From the NCBI GenBank assembly GCA_963691875.1, contig OY829846.1:4256001-4320000 (forward strand): 64,000 nt of DNA, written 5' to 3'. The DNA comes from Aureliella sp. (GTDB lineage Bacteria > Planctomycetota > Planctomycetia > Pirellulales > Pirellulaceae). The translations under genes and the position numbers were made by a program. Positions within the stretch are counted from its first letter, which is position 1, and the number at the start of each line of letters is the position of its first letter. This document shows positions 1 to 9,054 of the stretch, piece after piece. The notes under the pieces were generated by a model that had not been told where the DNA came from, did not search any database, and worked only from the letters and a program-made list of their open reading frames with translations.

Positions 1-695
1 GTTTCAAGAACATTGAGCCGCGTCTGAACGACCTCTAACTCTAGTTTTGCCTGAGTCACCGTGAACTGATTGCCTTCGACTTCGAGCTTGCTAACATAGC
101 CGCGATTGAACATGTATCGCGAGTGAGCCAACATCTTTTTGGCGGTTTCGAAATTCGACTTGGCAATTGTCAACTCGCGATTCAAGGACTTGAGCTGCGT
201 TTTGTAGTTGCCTTCTAGGTAGGCTTTCTCAGCCATTTCTGCTTGAGCTACATCGGCTTTGGTGCGTTCCAAAGTTGCACGAGCCGTGTGCATATCGGTT
301 GTATGTAAGCTGATGGCATCCTCGACACGCTTCGTGTCGATGCGAACGAGCTCTTCACCTTCCTGAACTTCGGCTCCGCTATCGACGATCCAGGTGACTT
401 TGCTCCAGCCACGAATGCGGCATTTGACTTCAGTGTTTTCTGAGCTTTCTAAAGTGCCTTGTTCGAGCACTGTGACTTGCAGATCACCTCGACGCACTTT
501 GGCCGTCAAGGATGGACCATCTTGCTCATCGTAGTACGAATTCGCAAACCACCAGCCGCTGCCGCCCAGCAAGGTGACGATGATTAGTACCAGTCCGACG
601 CGCGCGAAATACTTCCCTTTCCCGCGTGGAGACGATTCGGCTGCTCGCACTGGGCTGGCAAAGAATTCAGATTGTTGCTCAGGTGATGCGGACAC
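1..695 (-). CDS. RND efflux periplasmic adaptor (HlyD/MFP family); 3' end runs off the window
   Basis: Hand translation of the minus strand gives KGKYFARVGLVLIIVTLLGGSGWWF (TM), then TAKVRRGDLQVTVLEQGTLESSENTEVKCRIRG...WIVDSGAEVQEGEELVRID (lipoyl-like half motif) and a helical hairpin. The upstream in-frame stop is at 765-767, so the start is GTG 695 or 650. It lies downstream of the TolC-like gene. Confidence 0.85.
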   Translation of the reverse strand, partial: MSASPEQQSEFFASPVRAAESSPRGKGKYFARVGLVLIIVTLLGGSGWWFANSYYDEQDGPSLTAKVRRGDLQVTVLEQGTLESSENTEVKCRIRGWSKVTWIVDSGAEVQEGEELVRIDTKRVEDAISLHTTDMHTARATLERTKADVAQAEMAEKAYLEGNYKTQLKSLNRELTIAKSNFETAKKMLAHSRYMFNRGYVSKLEVEGNQFTVTQAKLELEVVQTRLNVLE

Positions 696-819
696 TGAGA
701 TGTATCCGTATTGCGAAAGTTTGGTGGGAAGGGATGGCGGGAGATCACTGCCAAGCTCTTCGTATCATTTTCAATGCTGTATGCCGTAGTAGCAAGGCGA
801 AGCGGCCACTTTTGTCAAT

Positions 820-3627
820 TCATTCGTTGGTGGAAGGGCCGGCATAGCTTTCTGGGAAGACTTCAAAACGAAAATCTTCGGGTAACTGTTCTGCCGTTTC
901 TGCCATGACCGGAGGGATTGCCGGAGGTAAGTTGTCGAGGAGGAGCTGCTCGGCATCGACTTCCAAGCTTGTGTTCTGTGGCAAGTTGATTTGCATCCAT
1001 CGCCCGTCTGAATCTAGTTGCATGATGCCCAACTCACGATACAACCGCATGCGGGCCGCATAGTAGCTGAGCCAAACTCTGAGGAAACTATTTTGAGTAT
1101 CTCGCAGAGCACCTTGAGCCGATAGCAAGTTGATTGTTGCCGTCGGACCAAATACAGCGCTGCGCTGCCCCGGTTGCGGTCGCCTGCCTGGTGCGTAGAG
1201 TGCCGAAACGGTAACGTCGACTCGGCGAATAGCAATGGCGACCGCGCGGCGCTGGATCTCCAAATCTGCTCGCAATCGCTGAAGCTCTCGCAACAGGACT
1301 CGCAAACCCAGATGCAGTGAGTCGTGCGACTGAATAAAAGCTCTGCGACTTCGCTGGTAGTTGATCAGCGACTCGCGATACGCATTGCGTTCGATCAATC
1401 GAGTGAAGGGAGCGTCGAATCGTAGGCCGAGGTTGAGTGTCGAAGTGCGCGGATCAATGCTGACTGGGTTATTACGTTCGGTGCGCGCGTTGCCATTGAT
1501 GGTCAGGTCCAAGGCGGACTGCAGTGCGTCTGCGGCAATCTGGATTTGCCGCCAGTCGTCGACCAAGGCAGCTCGACCGTTCATGAAGTCCAGGCGACTT
1601 TCTAAGGCCAGGTAGAAGGCGTCAAGTGATTCCATTTCTACCGCTTCAACAGTGACCTTTTCTAGCCGAGCTCTACCCTGAAGTAGAATCGTTCCATTCG
1701 TAGTTCGCGACAGATTTCGCAGCAGGACCACAGTTCGATCTTTGGCATCCATAGTTGGCGACTTCTTTTCGGTCTGCAACGCTCCGAGCAAGTTTTCGGC
1801 ATCGACGTTCGCAGCGTCTTGCACCGCAGGATTATCCATCGATTCTTGTTCGCCGGCTTCATTTACTTCAAGATCGGATGTACTTTCTGCATCACGACCA
1901 TCGAGTTTTAAGGCACCTTTAGCACCATCTTTATTTCGAATCGGATATCGAGCTTGGTCGAACAGTCGCAAGATATCAGCATAGGCCGCCTGAGACTTTT
2001 CATAGTTGTCCATCAAGTCTTCTAGGGCTTCGAGCAAGTCGTTTCGTTCTTGAGCAAACTGCTTGCGTTGTTCTTCATCCATCGATGCTTCGCGTGCTGG
2101 AACGGCGGCTTCCATTTGCTCTGCGTCCAGTAAAGTTGCCTCAAGTAGCTTTTCTAACTCTGGGAAGACTCCTTGAATTTGCGGAATCGTTCCTTGAAGA
2201 ACATCTAGTATTTCCTGCTCGGTCGGCTCAATGATCTCTCCATCGGCATCGAGCTTCGATAGCGTTCCGATTTGCTCTTGCAACTCTACGATTCGTGACT
2301 GCAAGTCGGTGCCTTCGCGAGAGACGATCTGAAACTGCTGAATCAAGCCATCGTCGACTTCTAGCGGTAAGTCGGGTGGCAGGCCGAGAGTCGAAGTCTT
2401 GTAGCGATCCAGCGCATTCTCGTAGTTATTGGTCAGAGCCAATAAGCTGGCTCGATCGCGTTCGACGTTCTGGCGAAACTGATCGACTTGCACCAAGTCG
2501 ATTTGATCGGCCTCCAACAGTGTTTCCAGTTGGTCGAGCGTCCGCAACTGAAGATTGAGATTGTCCTCGGCGTTGCGTTTGATCTGTAGTTGCTGAAGCA
2601 AACCGATGTACCCGCCGATGCCACCTTGGCCACCGAAGATCTGCAAGGTGGTTCCTCGGCCGCGGCGTTGCGGCCCGACGACACCTGCTTCCCCGATGGC
2701 GACTTGAGTGTAGAAGCCTTGGCGGAATTGTGTGTAGCCTCGGATGTTGGCCAGCATCACACGCTCGAAGAAAGTGAGCTGTTCCAGCGCGACGTCACGG
2801 CCTGCTCGCTGCAAAAGCGGTTGTGTTAAAGCGAAACTGGCGATCGAGGAATGTAGGCCTTGGTTAGGCCCTGTAAATTCGATTACAAAAGAATTGGCAA
2901 AACTGGCGATCAGTTCGCCGGCGCTGGCTAGACTACGGCGAGCTTGAAGCGTTGGAGCGGATCCGGTGCGTCCGAGTGATAATCGAGTTTGCTGCTCACC
3001 AGGAAACGGTCCTGAGACCTGATAGGATTGCCCTGGTACTGCGGTCGTTGCAATTGTCGCCGGGCCAAGCCCTCCGTTGTGGTTGTAATTCAGCGACGAG
3101 CCACCGAAAAACTGAGTATCGAGGCGGAAGCGTTCACGTGAGACATCAAGTGCGGCTAGGTAAAGCGTCTCGAGCTGTGATTGATGATTGGGCGAGTGGA
3201 CGTAGGCGAGTCTCAGAGCGTTGTCGAGATCGAGCTTGAGTGCACCGGACTCGTTGGTCGGGACGTAATCCGCCAGTGCCGAACGCCAAGCTGGATTCTC
3301 TAGGAATGCGCGCGTTCCGAACTCCTCCCATTGATCCCAACCTTCTTTACCATCCACGCAGTGCATATAGTGATGGGAACTTGGATCGTCGCGTGGTGCG
3401 GGAGAGCAATCGGGAAGATAGGGATCAAAGTAGCGGCTGCGGGAATCAACATCGATGTTGAACTTGGGCGTGGACCACCGCGGATCGCAGTTCTTCTGAG
3501 CGATGATTTGGTAGGCTTCCTGATCGGCCGCGACCCGATACTTGGAACGCGAGCACCCACCTACCGCTAGCAAACTGGCAAGCAGGTACAAACAACTCGT
3601 GATGCTGGTGGCTCCTTCCCTGCGCAA
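820..3627 (-). CDS. TolC/outer-membrane efflux family lipoprotein, long planctomycete type
   Basis: 935 aa. Lipobox-like LLAVGGC. OEP-like segments LDLDNALRLAYVHSP, LTQPLL, ALESRLDFMN, LGLRFDAPFTRLIERNAYR, YYAARMRLYRELG. Adjacent to the MFP gene. Confidence 0.8.
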   Translation of the reverse strand: MRREGATSITSCLYLLASLLAVGGCSRSKYRVAADQEAYQIIAQKNCDPRWSTPKFNIDVDSRSRYFDPYLPDCSPAPRDDPSSHHYMHCVDGKEGWDQWEEFGTRAFLENPAWRSALADYVPTNESGALKLDLDNALRLAYVHSPNHQSQLETLYLAALDVSRERFRLDTQFFGGSSLNYNHNGGLGPATIATTAVPGQSYQVSGPFPGEQQTRLSLGRTGSAPTLQARRSLASAGELIASFANSFVIEFTGPNQGLHSSIASFALTQPLLQRAGRDVALEQLTFFERVMLANIRGYTQFRQGFYTQVAIGEAGVVGPQRRGRGTTLQIFGGQGGIGGYIGLLQQLQIKRNAEDNLNLQLRTLDQLETLLEADQIDLVQVDQFRQNVERDRASLLALTNNYENALDRYKTSTLGLPPDLPLEVDDGLIQQFQIVSREGTDLQSRIVELQEQIGTLSKLDADGEIIEPTEQEILDVLQGTIPQIQGVFPELEKLLEATLLDAEQMEAAVPAREASMDEEQRKQFAQERNDLLEALEDLMDNYEKSQAAYADILRLFDQARYPIRNKDGAKGALKLDGRDAESTSDLEVNEAGEQESMDNPAVQDAANVDAENLLGALQTEKKSPTMDAKDRTVVLLRNLSRTTNGTILLQGRARLEKVTVEAVEMESLDAFYLALESRLDFMNGRAALVDDWRQIQIAADALQSALDLTINGNARTERNNPVSIDPRTSTLNLGLRFDAPFTRLIERNAYRESLINYQRSRRAFIQSHDSLHLGLRVLLRELQRLRADLEIQRRAVAIAIRRVDVTVSALYAPGRRPQPGQRSAVFGPTATINLLSAQGALRDTQNSFLRVWLSYYAARMRLYRELGIMQLDSDGRWMQINLPQNTSLEVDAEQLLLDNLPPAIPPVMAETAEQLPEDFRFEVFPESYAGPSTNE

Positions 3628-4068
3628 CGTCGTCGCCCCCTATTCCTTCGATCTTCCCATGCTGGCAATTCTTCGGCGTACCGGAAACTCCGACAATGCA
3701 CCTTCTTTGGTTTAGGTTCGGAATGCTCGCAGTAACGCCTTGAAGCGAAGCGCGGTTTGTAAGGCACAGCCAAAAACGCGGGGCTGCAGCAATTATGCTG
3801 TCGCCAAAATCCGCAAACTCGGACCGTCAGTAGAGGGGTGCTTCCGGCGGCATTTCCCTAAATGTCTTTGCAGTCCGCAGAGATTTACTCGGCCGACAGG
3901 TGCGCGCGTGATTCTCGTGTGGCTAATGCTAGCAATCTTCCAGCGGCATCTTCGGAGCGCTTCGAAACCTGATCGATCTTGCATCGCAGGTTAGGAATTC
4001 ATACAAACTGCCGATTGCCGTCCTTCCTTTTTCCGCTCAGGCTGTGGGTCTTTTTCGAGCTTTGCACC

Positions 4069-5106
4069 ATGTCTCGCATACTGCTTTCCGCCTCCTTCCC
4101 TCCGGATCTAATGCTTCGGCAAACTCCTGGCCACAGTGGCAGCTGGAAGCGCTGTCAGTTTGTATCCGAAGACGAACTGGACGCAGCGACGAGCGAAGAA
4201 GAATTCGATGCATGGGTCGTCTACGATGACTTGCGAAATCCGCGTGAAGTCGCGTGCTCTCCACTGAACACTCTGCTGATCACAGGCGAACCGGAAAGCC
4301 TTCGGCGGTATCGAAAGCGTTTCACCAGCCAGTTCGGCCGCATTTGGACTTCGCACGCTTCCATTCATCATCCACATGTCAAACGACGCAATGAAGGACA
4401 GCACTGGCACTATGCGTTAAACGGCAGCAGCGTCCATGGTTGCCAACTGGGTTTTGACGAGCTCGCGAAAATGAGCTGCCCACAGAAGACAAAACTACTG
4501 AGTGTGATTTGTAGTTCCAAGGCGCATACGGAAGACCACCGAAAGCGGCTCGAGTTTGTCCATACACTGCAAGAGAACTTTGGCGAGCAAGTTGACGTAT
4601 TCGGCCGCGGTATCCGCGACCTCGACGACAAGGCCGAAGCGATCTATGACTACCGCTATCACATCGTTCTGGAGAACGATCACAGCGATTTTTTCATGAC
4701 CGAAAAGCTGGGCGATGCTTTCTTGGGGTGGAGCTACCCAATCTACTTCGGTGGCTCGGAAGCATATTATCGTTTCCCCGAGGGAAGCTTCACGGCGATT
4801 GACATTTACAAGCCGGCGGAAGCGATCAGCATCATTCGCAGTGTCATCGAGTCAGAGACTTATGAGCGATGCATGCCACGAGTCAGTGAGGCGCGCAATC
4901 GTGTGCTTTATACCAACAACATCTGCAACATGATGGCGGAGTACTGGAGCGAATACATTTCCGATTCACCCGCAGTACCCACACGACTGCTGCCGAAGAA
5001 ACATCGAGCCGGGCTGGTACTGGATCAGCTCAAGCGAAAACTCTCGCAGCCTTTCGCAAGCACTCCAGTTAAGCGTAAGCCCTCGAGAGGCAAGCGCGCA
5101 GCTTAA
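4069..5106 (+). CDS. Glycosyltransferase family 10 (alpha-1,3/4-fucosyltransferase-like)
   Basis: ITGEP, VDVFGRG and YRYHIVLEND...FMTEKLGDAFLGWSYPIYFG match the GT10 motif. ATG 4069 is preferred over the ORF-track start at 3979. Confidence 0.85.
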   Translation: MSRILLSASFPPDLMLRQTPGHSGSWKRCQFVSEDELDAATSEEEFDAWVVYDDLRNPREVACSPLNTLLITGEPESLRRYRKRFTSQFGRIWTSHASIHHPHVKRRNEGQHWHYALNGSSVHGCQLGFDELAKMSCPQKTKLLSVICSSKAHTEDHRKRLEFVHTLQENFGEQVDVFGRGIRDLDDKAEAIYDYRYHIVLENDHSDFFMTEKLGDAFLGWSYPIYFGGSEAYYRFPEGSFTAIDIYKPAEAISIIRSVIESETYERCMPRVSEARNRVLYTNNICNMMAEYWSEYISDSPAVPTRLLPKKHRAGLVLDQLKRKLSQPFASTPVKRKPSRGKRAA

Positions 5107-5146
5107 ACGAAATTTTTTTCTATCAGTTTGCATTTCTGGAACAAAC

Positions 5147-6058
5147 ATGATCATAAGTCGCATTGATGGTGGCCTAGGCAATCAGATGTTTCAGTATGCG
5201 TATGGCTTGTATTTGGCAAAGCGCGCTAAGACTGAGTTCTATCTAGATATCAGCTCTTACGAGAAGCAGCCGCAGCACGGTTACTTATTGGATCATTTTC
5301 AGATCGACGCAGAAGTTCTACCTGCAAAGCTCAGTGCCAAGATACCGCGAAAGTACCGTTCTTCCGCAGCGAAAGTCAGTCGGTTGCAAGACGGTTTTGG
5401 ATTTCGCTCCTTGCGACGGAACAAGGAGCGCCATTTCGGTTTCCAAACTTCGCATTTGGAAGCCGGAGACAATCGCTACTTGGTCGGCTACTGGCAAAGT
5501 GAGCAGTTCTTTCCGGGGATGGGTGATGAGTTATTGAGGCAGTTCGCTCTGCGGTGCAGTCTCACGGCTCAGTCTCAAGAAATGGGTGGCCGTATGGCTG
5601 AGGGCAATAGTATCGCGTTGCATGTGCGTCGCGGTGACTACGTTACCAGTCAGTCCGCGGCGGCAATCTACGAGCATCTTTCCGTGGACTACTATCATCG
5701 CTGTCTGCAAGCTTGGACGCGTGAGCAAGATCGACCAGAGGTGTATATCTTCTCCAACGACATTGCTTGGTGCAGAGAGCAGTTCCGGTTGGAACATCCA
5801 ACTCACTTCGTAGATCACACATCCGTGGACACAGCCTTCGAAGATCTTTGGATGATGCGGCAAGCAGCTTGTCTCGTTATGGCCAACAGTACCTTCAGTT
5901 GGTGGGCCGCTTGGTTGAATCAGCGGCCTGGACATCAAGTTATCGCACCATCTCGGTGGTTTCGGCCTGGAGCGATGGATGGCTCGAGCATTCTATGTCG
6001 TGATTGGATCGTGGCAGATGTAGATCCATCTCAGATTACCTCTTCGAAGGCTGCTTAG
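5147..6058 (+). CDS. Alpha-1,2-fucosyltransferase, GT11
   Basis: GGLGNQMFQYA, GYWQSE, HVRRGDY and ANSTFSWWAAWL are canonical GT11 motifs. Confidence 0.95.
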   Translation: MIISRIDGGLGNQMFQYAYGLYLAKRAKTEFYLDISSYEKQPQHGYLLDHFQIDAEVLPAKLSAKIPRKYRSSAAKVSRLQDGFGFRSLRRNKERHFGFQTSHLEAGDNRYLVGYWQSEQFFPGMGDELLRQFALRCSLTAQSQEMGGRMAEGNSIALHVRRGDYVTSQSAAAIYEHLSVDYYHRCLQAWTREQDRPEVYIFSNDIAWCREQFRLEHPTHFVDHTSVDTAFEDLWMMRQAACLVMANSTFSWWAAWLNQRPGHQVIAPSRWFRPGAMDGSSILCRDWIVADVDPSQITSSKAA

Positions 6059-6180
6059 CGTTGAGACTTGGACACTTGACAGACAGCTGTAGTGGGATTC
6101 GCCAGTGCTCCCTTCAATCAGGATTTCCGGCGAAATCGATTACACAGGAATCTTCCTGCTTCGGAACATGGAGTTGAACT

Positions 6181-7203
6181 ATGGGTCGCCCAGCCATCTC
6201 CGTTGTCATGCCTGTCTACAACGGCCAAGACTATGTGCTCGATGCGGTGGCTAGCATCGCTGAGCAGAGTTTCGAGGATTGGGAGCTACTTTGCGTCAAT
6301 GATGGTAGCTCTGATGGCACAGCGGAGATTCTCGATTGGTGCGTGAGTCAGGATTCCAGGATTCGTGTCATTCATCAACGGAATACCGGCTTGGTGGGAG
6401 CCTTAAATCATGGCTTCGATCAAGCTTGCGCAGAACTTGTGATGCGGATGGATCACGACGACTTGGCTTTGCCCGACCGGATGCAACGTCAGTACCGCTT
6501 CATGCAGCAGAATTCAGACTGCGTAGTTTGTGGTGGAGCTATCATGGAGATGGATTCCGATGGGGACTTGCTGGGTTCATCAAGTCTGCCGCTTGAGCAT
6601 GACAACATTGTCGCCAATCTTTTGCATCGTAGAACCGGTCACTTTCATCCGACGACTTTGATTCGCGCTGATGCATTCATGCGCGCCGGTAGCTATCGCG
6701 ACGAGTACAGGCACATTGAGGATCACGATCTGTGGCTGCGACTGTCGAAGCTTGGGCGACTGGTGAATCTGCCTGATGTAGTTTTATGTTATCGTTTACA
6801 CGCGGCGAGTGTTTGCTGGACGCAGGCTGACTTTCGTCGCGAGCAGATGAACGCCTTGATGGAACAAGCCTATACAGAGCTCGATTGCGAGATTCCTGAT
6901 GGTGTGATTGCGGATGCGACCGTCAAACGCCAGCCAGCTGGACCGGGCAAGTGGGCTCGCGCCGCTGCAAGACGTTCACGTTATAAAACAGCTTGGAAGC
7001 ACTGCCGACAACTATGGGGAAGCGACGCAGCAATGTCCTACAAGCTGCGGATGACGGCCGAGGTTGGAATACGCGTCGCTGCGGGGCTGAGCGCTGGTTT
7101 TGCGAAAGCAAATCCAGCCGAGAATCAGCGTGAAAAAGCGCCGCAGTTTCCTGAGTGGCATCGTCGATTCACTGCCGCAAACTGTCCTGCCGCTGCGGCA
7201 TAG
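6181..7203 (+). CDS. Glycosyltransferase family 2
   Basis: ISVVMPVYNG, VNDGSSD, RMDHDD, EDHDLWLR. Confidence 0.95.
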   Translation: MGRPAISVVMPVYNGQDYVLDAVASIAEQSFEDWELLCVNDGSSDGTAEILDWCVSQDSRIRVIHQRNTGLVGALNHGFDQACAELVMRMDHDDLALPDRMQRQYRFMQQNSDCVVCGGAIMEMDSDGDLLGSSSLPLEHDNIVANLLHRRTGHFHPTTLIRADAFMRAGSYRDEYRHIEDHDLWLRLSKLGRLVNLPDVVLCYRLHAASVCWTQADFRREQMNALMEQAYTELDCEIPDGVIADATVKRQPAGPGKWARAAARRSRYKTAWKHCRQLWGSDAAMSYKLRMTAEVGIRVAAGLSAGFAKANPAENQREKAPQFPEWHRRFTAANCPAAAA

Positions 7204-7336
7204 GTCCAAGACAGGCCTACGCGAGTCATCGGCTGTAGTGGATGGGGTCACGAATCCAGGAGCAAAGCTCCCCTCGGCCAATCCAAAGTAAGACTGCGGC
7301 TGATCGTTAAACGAAGTAGCCGCAGATCGGCGTTTC

Positions 7337-7368
7337 AGAACAGCGAATTCTTAGAACAGCAAATTCTT
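7337..7368. repeat. 16-bp tandem duplication with 1 mismatch
   Basis: AGAACAGCGAATTCTT followed directly by AGAACAGCAAATTCTT, in a convergent intergenic region. Confidence 0.8.
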
Positions 7369-7414
7369 GACGAATTCTGCTTCTCGACATGACTCGCTAC
7401 GCTCTGTCTGCTGA

Positions 7415-8659
7415 CTACGGTAGTCTTAGACTTGCGATCGTGAATGGGATGCTTTGCTGCTCGAGCTCGTAGTACTTTTGCAAGATTGACATGTCGATGC
7501 CAGCCTCTTCACGGGCTTCCTTGAGGGTCATCGATTGCATGTTTTGCAGGCTGCCCTTGTAGAGATCTTTAACGCCTGTTTCTTTGCCACACTGAAATCC
7601 GAGGTCGAAAGCTGGCTGCAGGTACTTGGGGATGCGGTAGGGTTCAGGGTAGATCCGCGCGAGAACGAACTTGAAGACGTGATATTGGAACCAGCTCACT
7701 TTCTTACCGGTCCCCATCGCGAAGCCAAGTACAAACGCTTCGTCCTGATCTTGCAATCCGCGACCTAGCAAGACATGCAGGACATCGTGATCTTCCAGTG
7801 CGACTGCTCCGCGAAATCTCAGCCAGCTTCCTGGATTTTCAAACAATCGCACCACGAACGGGATCTTGGTAGGCGGCGACTGAGGCATGCTATCCATGAC
7901 TTGCTGAACGGTCATATCGTCATTCTGAACTCCTGGGTACCAGGCCAACCACAAGTCAGTATCCGTATAAGAATCGCGCCGACGGCCACGTGAATCGAAT
8001 AACCACGCACTCGTGTCAAACAGACTGAGAACTGAATTTGCCTTGGGGTAGTTCGCTGCGGTCACAACAGCCGCCGAGGCGACACGATTCATCTGTTCGA
8101 GAATGATGCCCTCTGCCTCTAGCCGATGTAGCTCGTCGACTTGTTCTAGCTTGAAGGTATCCACCAGATCAACGCAGAGTTCTTTCGACCAAGCCCGGAA
8201 AGACTTTTGATTGTTAGCCCGATAGGCCGCTTTAAGCATCCCGGCATGACTAGCTGCGCGAAGGGTTGCAATGACGAGCCCCAAATGCACATCATGTTCT
8301 GTCCGAGCCTCGGCCAGATACCGGCCCACACCGGCCCGATCCTTAGTTGGATCAGCTTCCCGCACAGCGACCACGATCTTGAGTGGTTCTTGGTGCTCAT
8401 CTTCGATCTCAGTCGAAGAAACCGAAACGGGTTGAACGCATAGCGGAGAAATTAGCTGAGCCAAAGCTTCCGAAAGCTCACCGGAACCAGTCAATTTCTC
8501 TTGACTTGAGTCTTTACGACGCAGCCGCAGTCGAAACTCGTATTGAGGCGCCGAAGGCCTACGAGAACACTCAACGCTTTGGATCTCAATCGAAGCCACC
8601 TTCATCGAAAAAGTGGAAGGATCTTCAGAAGATGATGCGTTGGTATTCATATTGTTCAA
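7415..8659 (-). CDS. Hypothetical protein with C-terminal Coq4-like metal-binding domain
   Basis: 414 aa ORF. HDVLHVLLGRGLQDQDE fits HDxxH(x)11E. The N-terminal region loosely resembles the LeuA regulatory domain. Confidence 0.65.
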   Translation of the reverse strand: MNNMNTNASSSEDPSTFSMKVASIEIQSVECSRRPSAPQYEFRLRLRRKDSSQEKLTGSGELSEALAQLISPLCVQPVSVSSTEIEDEHQEPLKIVVAVREADPTKDRAGVGRYLAEARTEHDVHLGLVIATLRAASHAGMLKAAYRANNQKSFRAWSKELCVDLVDTFKLEQVDELHRLEAEGIILEQMNRVASAAVVTAANYPKANSVLSLFDTSAWLFDSRGRRRDSYTDTDLWLAWYPGVQNDDMTVQQVMDSMPQSPPTKIPFVVRLFENPGSWLRFRGAVALEDHDVLHVLLGRGLQDQDEAFVLGFAMGTGKKVSWFQYHVFKFVLARIYPEPYRIPKYLQPAFDLGFQCGKETGVKDLYKGSLQNMQSMTLKEAREEAGIDMSILQKYYELEQQSIPFTIASLRLP

Positions 8660-9054
8660 GCCACGAGTACTGCCGACACGAGTTTAGCTTCGATGGGCAC
8701 TTGTGTCAGCGTCTCAGTGGACCCGCAATGGAGCAACAAATCTCGAGATCCGATCCGCACGAGTTTACGAAGCTGCGGGCCTCCAAGCCCAATTGGCGCG
8801 TTCCCCCCTCCGCGGGACGCACAATTCTGCGCGTCTTAGATATTAAGGCTTGATGAAGGCGTTGTTTTCAAAACTTCGGTCTTTGAACCACTTGCCCCGA
8901 TCAGAGAATCCGATGCGCCCGGTAGTTTTCCATTCTATACCATTGCTCTTGAGTGGCCTATGGTGTTAGTTCAAGCCATCAATCGAACTACTTCTGCTCC
9001 CAAGTCATTGGCAATTCGATTCAGTTCTCCTCCTACAAAGTCCTGATTCAATAA

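Noticed and set aside
8383..8853. 156-aa plus-strand ORF, and similar short antisense ORFs throughout the track
   Set aside because: They overlap well-supported genes on the opposite strand or in another frame and lack motifs, so they are treated as shadow ORFs.
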